Origin: Planktothrix sp. GU0601_MAG3
GTDB lineage: Bacteria; Cyanobacteriota; Cyanobacteriia; Cyanobacteriales; Microcoleaceae
Length of the DNA: 32,000 nucleotides
Assembly (NCBI GenBank): GCA_035193785.1
Contig: CP136572.1
Location: 360,371-392,370 of the forward strand
Direction of reading: 5' to 3'
Below are positions 29,802 to 32,000 of this stretch, in pieces. Numbering within the stretch: the stretch's first letter is position 1; each line of letters starts with the position of its first letter. Below the pieces are notes generated by a model. It was given only the letters and a program-made list of their open reading frames with translations, was not told where the DNA came from and made no database searches. The position numbers and the translations under genes are program-made.

Positions 29802-30936
29802 TGATTTCTCCTGTAACAACCCAATCTTCCCCTTCAGCATCCCAAAATTCCCCCGTTGTTAACGTTTTTTTTGCCCATTCTACATCAGGATGTTCATCCA
29901 ATCTTTTACAACAAGTAAAACCTGAATTTGTGTTACTTAATATATGAACTTGAGAGGGAGTCAGTTCATCCACAATATAAGGAGAATGGGTTGAAAAAAT
30001 AATTTGCAAATTATTGTTTGCTTGAATAATTTCTTTAAAAACAGTCATTAATTCTCGTTGTGCTTTGGGGTGTAGTCCCTGTTCAATATCATCAAGTAAC
30101 ACTAAATTAGGTTGTTTGGGACTCATCAGAACAGTCAATAATCCCAGAGTGAGCGTTGTTCCCTCACTAATAGCATGGGCTGGAATTCGTTCACCTGTAT
30201 TCATATCTAGGACAACTTCTTGCCCCGCCATTTCCTGACTTTCTTCGTATGAAATAGATTTTCCATCGACTTCGATTAAGCGTTGACGATTGACTTTAAC
30301 CTTAGCTCGTCTAACACCTACCTCCCTAACACCGGGTACAATTCGTTTCAACATTTCTTGCAAGGATTGAAATTGATCTGGAGCTTCATTACGAAGATAA
30401 TCTAAGGTTGGTGCTAACCCTGAACCATCGAACTCAACTCGCGGCATAATAGCATCACTATAAGCAGCTTTGGCAAGATTTGTGGCTACTAGCTTCAGGT
30501 GAACCGAGTATCTTAAGACTTGGGGTATGGGATCTTTAGCATTACTTAATGAGCTATCCCATCCTTTCACATTTCCCTGATTTTGATCAACCTTCCATGA
30601 TGCTTTTGGAAACCAGGGAGGATTAACTCCTTGTTTCCACTGATAGGACGCTTCCCAGTTTCTTGGATTATGGTATCCCCAGAAACCACTTCCAATAACA
30701 GACATATTATTTTGACCAGTTGTTATCAGAAATTCAGGAGATCTTTCATACTTAAAAATATTGGCAAATGATGAATAATCATAACTAGCAAGCCGACTCA
30801 GATAATGTAATGCTTGCAAAACGGATGTTTTACCAGAACTATTCTGTCCTACGAGTGCGTGTAGGCGTGAATCATCGAAACTCAGTTGCGTTGAACGATG
30901 ACTTTTGAAGTTATGAAGTTTTACCCTTTCTAGCAT
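29794..30936 (-). CDS. ABC/SMC-like ATPase (AAA_15/AAA_21 type)
   Basis: A 380-aa intact ORF. The N-terminus is MLERVKLHNFKSH, Walker A is GQNSSGKTS, Walker B plus D-loop is LVLLDDIEQGLHP, and the H-loop is FSTHSPYIV. Confidence 0.8.
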   Translation of the reverse strand: MLERVKLHNFKSHRSTQLSFDDSRLHALVGQNSSGKTSVLQALHYLSRLASYDYSSFANIFKYERSPEFLITTGQNNMSVIGSGFWGYHNPRNWEASYQWKQGVNPPWFPKASWKVDQNQGNVKGWDSSLSNAKDPIPQVLRYSVHLKLVATNLAKAAYSDAIMPRVEFDGSGLAPTLDYLRNEAPDQFQSLQEMLKRIVPGVREVGVRRAKVKVNRQRLIEVDGKSISYEESQEMAGQEVVLDMNTGERIPAHAISEGTTLTLGLLTVLMSPKQPNLVLLDDIEQGLHPKAQRELMTVFKEIIQANNNLQIIFSTHSPYIVDELTPSQVHILSNTNSGFTCCKRLDEHPDVEWAKKTLTTGEFWDAEGEDWVVTGEIND

Positions 30937-31127
30937 TAGATTATGAACATTTTTGTATATAGTGTGATTATGGATTTTATCAGTTAGTTAAAAAAATTGC
31001 AACCTACCATTAAATATGATAAAATTCGCTTTAATTGTTCTGAGGAAGAATTGCAACTTTATCTTCCCGATGGTCAATTTTTTGTTAGCTATTAGGAAAT
31101 ATATTGTTTAAATACAAAGACAGCCGA

Positions 31128-32000
31128 TCATTTTTTCCCTGTTCGATTATCTTGAAAAGATGTACCAATACCTTGTAAAAGACCCTTTCCAATTAAACCT
31201 AGTCCCCGACCAACAACATTGGTTAAAACATAAACAATAGCACTTCCGACAAAGGAAATCGCCGCCCGCAGAGGGGGAGCAACTGCATCGCGGGTTTCTA
31301 ATATTAATGTTACTGTTAAGGGAATTCCTGATAACTTTTCTAACTCATCTCGGCGGGGAGAATAAATCACCTGTTTTTGAATTCCTCTTTCTCCTAAAAC
31401 TAAGAGTAAATAAGAACTTTCAAAAATTGCTTTGGGTTTCAGCGACATATTGCTCCAGACGATATCGCCAGGACAAACTATTTCTAAATTTCTCAATTTC
31501 ACGGGTTGATAATAAACGCCGATCATAAAATTTTAGTTTGATTTCTTCATAATCTGAAAAATAATTTAGTAAAGGTTGAATGATCGCATTGGCGACTTGA
31601 ATTAATAGATTTTGTAATAACGCTTCTGCACGTTCCATTGCATCTAAACCTCCCGCCGGACAGGATAAATTATCAATTGTTAAGGGTCTACAAAATAATA
31701 AATGCTCAAATAAATCCTTAACTAGAGGGATTTTATTTAAAATATTTTCTTGAATCAAATCAGCATCTTTTAATATAATTGTCACAATTTCTATATTTTG
31801 GTTATTCTTAGTAACAGTATAATATTTTCCAAAAAAATCGAAAGTTGCAGATTGCCAAAAGTCCGTAATTAAACTAGGTATTTTTTCAGCTAGTTGTTCA
31901 TATTGAATGTCAGATAAGATTAATTCATCTAATAATATTTCTAATTGTTTTAGTAAAATATACAACAATTCTCGTTTTTTAGATAATCGTAGAATATCAA
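31128..32000 (-). CDS. Conserved cyanobacterial protein (possibly DUF3685-type) with a C-terminal hydrophobic segment; N-terminus outside the window; one apparent frameshift
   Basis: ORFs 31420..31968 and 31128..31526 join at YVAE|PKAIFESSYLLLVLGERG after one base is removed at GTTTC 31436..31440. The frame stays open to position 32000. The family name is from memory only. Confidence 0.5.

Noticed and set aside
30993-31060. Two ATTGCAAC-containing boxes about 53 nt apart upstream of the ABC ATPase gene
   Set aside because: Only 8 nt are shared, in an AT-rich intergenic region. This is too short to separate from chance without comparative data.
606-31440. Programmed ribosomal frameshifting or genuine pseudogenisation as the explanation for the 18 frame breaks
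   Set aside because: No slippery heptamer or downstream structure is shared among the sites. Essential leuC and leuD are each affected. All sites share one simple pentamer. A systematic sequence artefact is the more economical reading, though only raw reads can settle it.

Overview
The window looks cyanobacterial: I counted at least 21 HIP1 octamers (GCGATCGC) by eye, and there are heptamer STRR tandem repeats and AGGGGCG...CGCCCCT palindromes. All family names below come from reading motifs in the translations. No database search was run.

Layout:
- 1-6.1 kb, minus strand, housekeeping: a BMP-type substrate-binding lipoprotein, a Cache/HAMP/PAS sensor histidine kinase, and leuC-leuD.
- 6.9-31 kb, a defence island:
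  - a WYL/HTH regulator-like gene carrying 32 in-frame 9-bp G-rich repeats;
  - a UPF0175 antitoxin-like gene split by a tnpB-only IS200/IS605-type element;
  - a CRISPR array of 43 repeats and 42 spacers, read on the minus strand from a leader next to cas2, with cas1-cas2 upstream;
  - a divergent plus-strand type III (Csm-like) operon: small 2-TM protein, Csx3 fused to a P-loop NTPase, HD-less Cas10 with GGDD intact, Uma2 nuclease, csm2-csm5, cas6, Csx1 (CARF-HEPN), a second Uma2 nuclease, and a CARF protein with an unassigned C-terminal domain;
  - on the minus strand, a Cas6 paralog with a C-terminal HTH and a split OLD/PARIS-like pair (ABC ATPase plus Toprim-like protein).
- Right edge: a partial conserved cyanobacterial gene.

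Most striking sequence-level observation: 15 genes are frameshifted as written, at 18 sites. Every break lies in G-TTT-C / G-AAA-C, and deleting one T/A restores a conserved full-length protein. This points to a systematic consensus artefact rather than real decay. I therefore give gene models as restored single genes.

No rRNA or tRNA genes were recognised.
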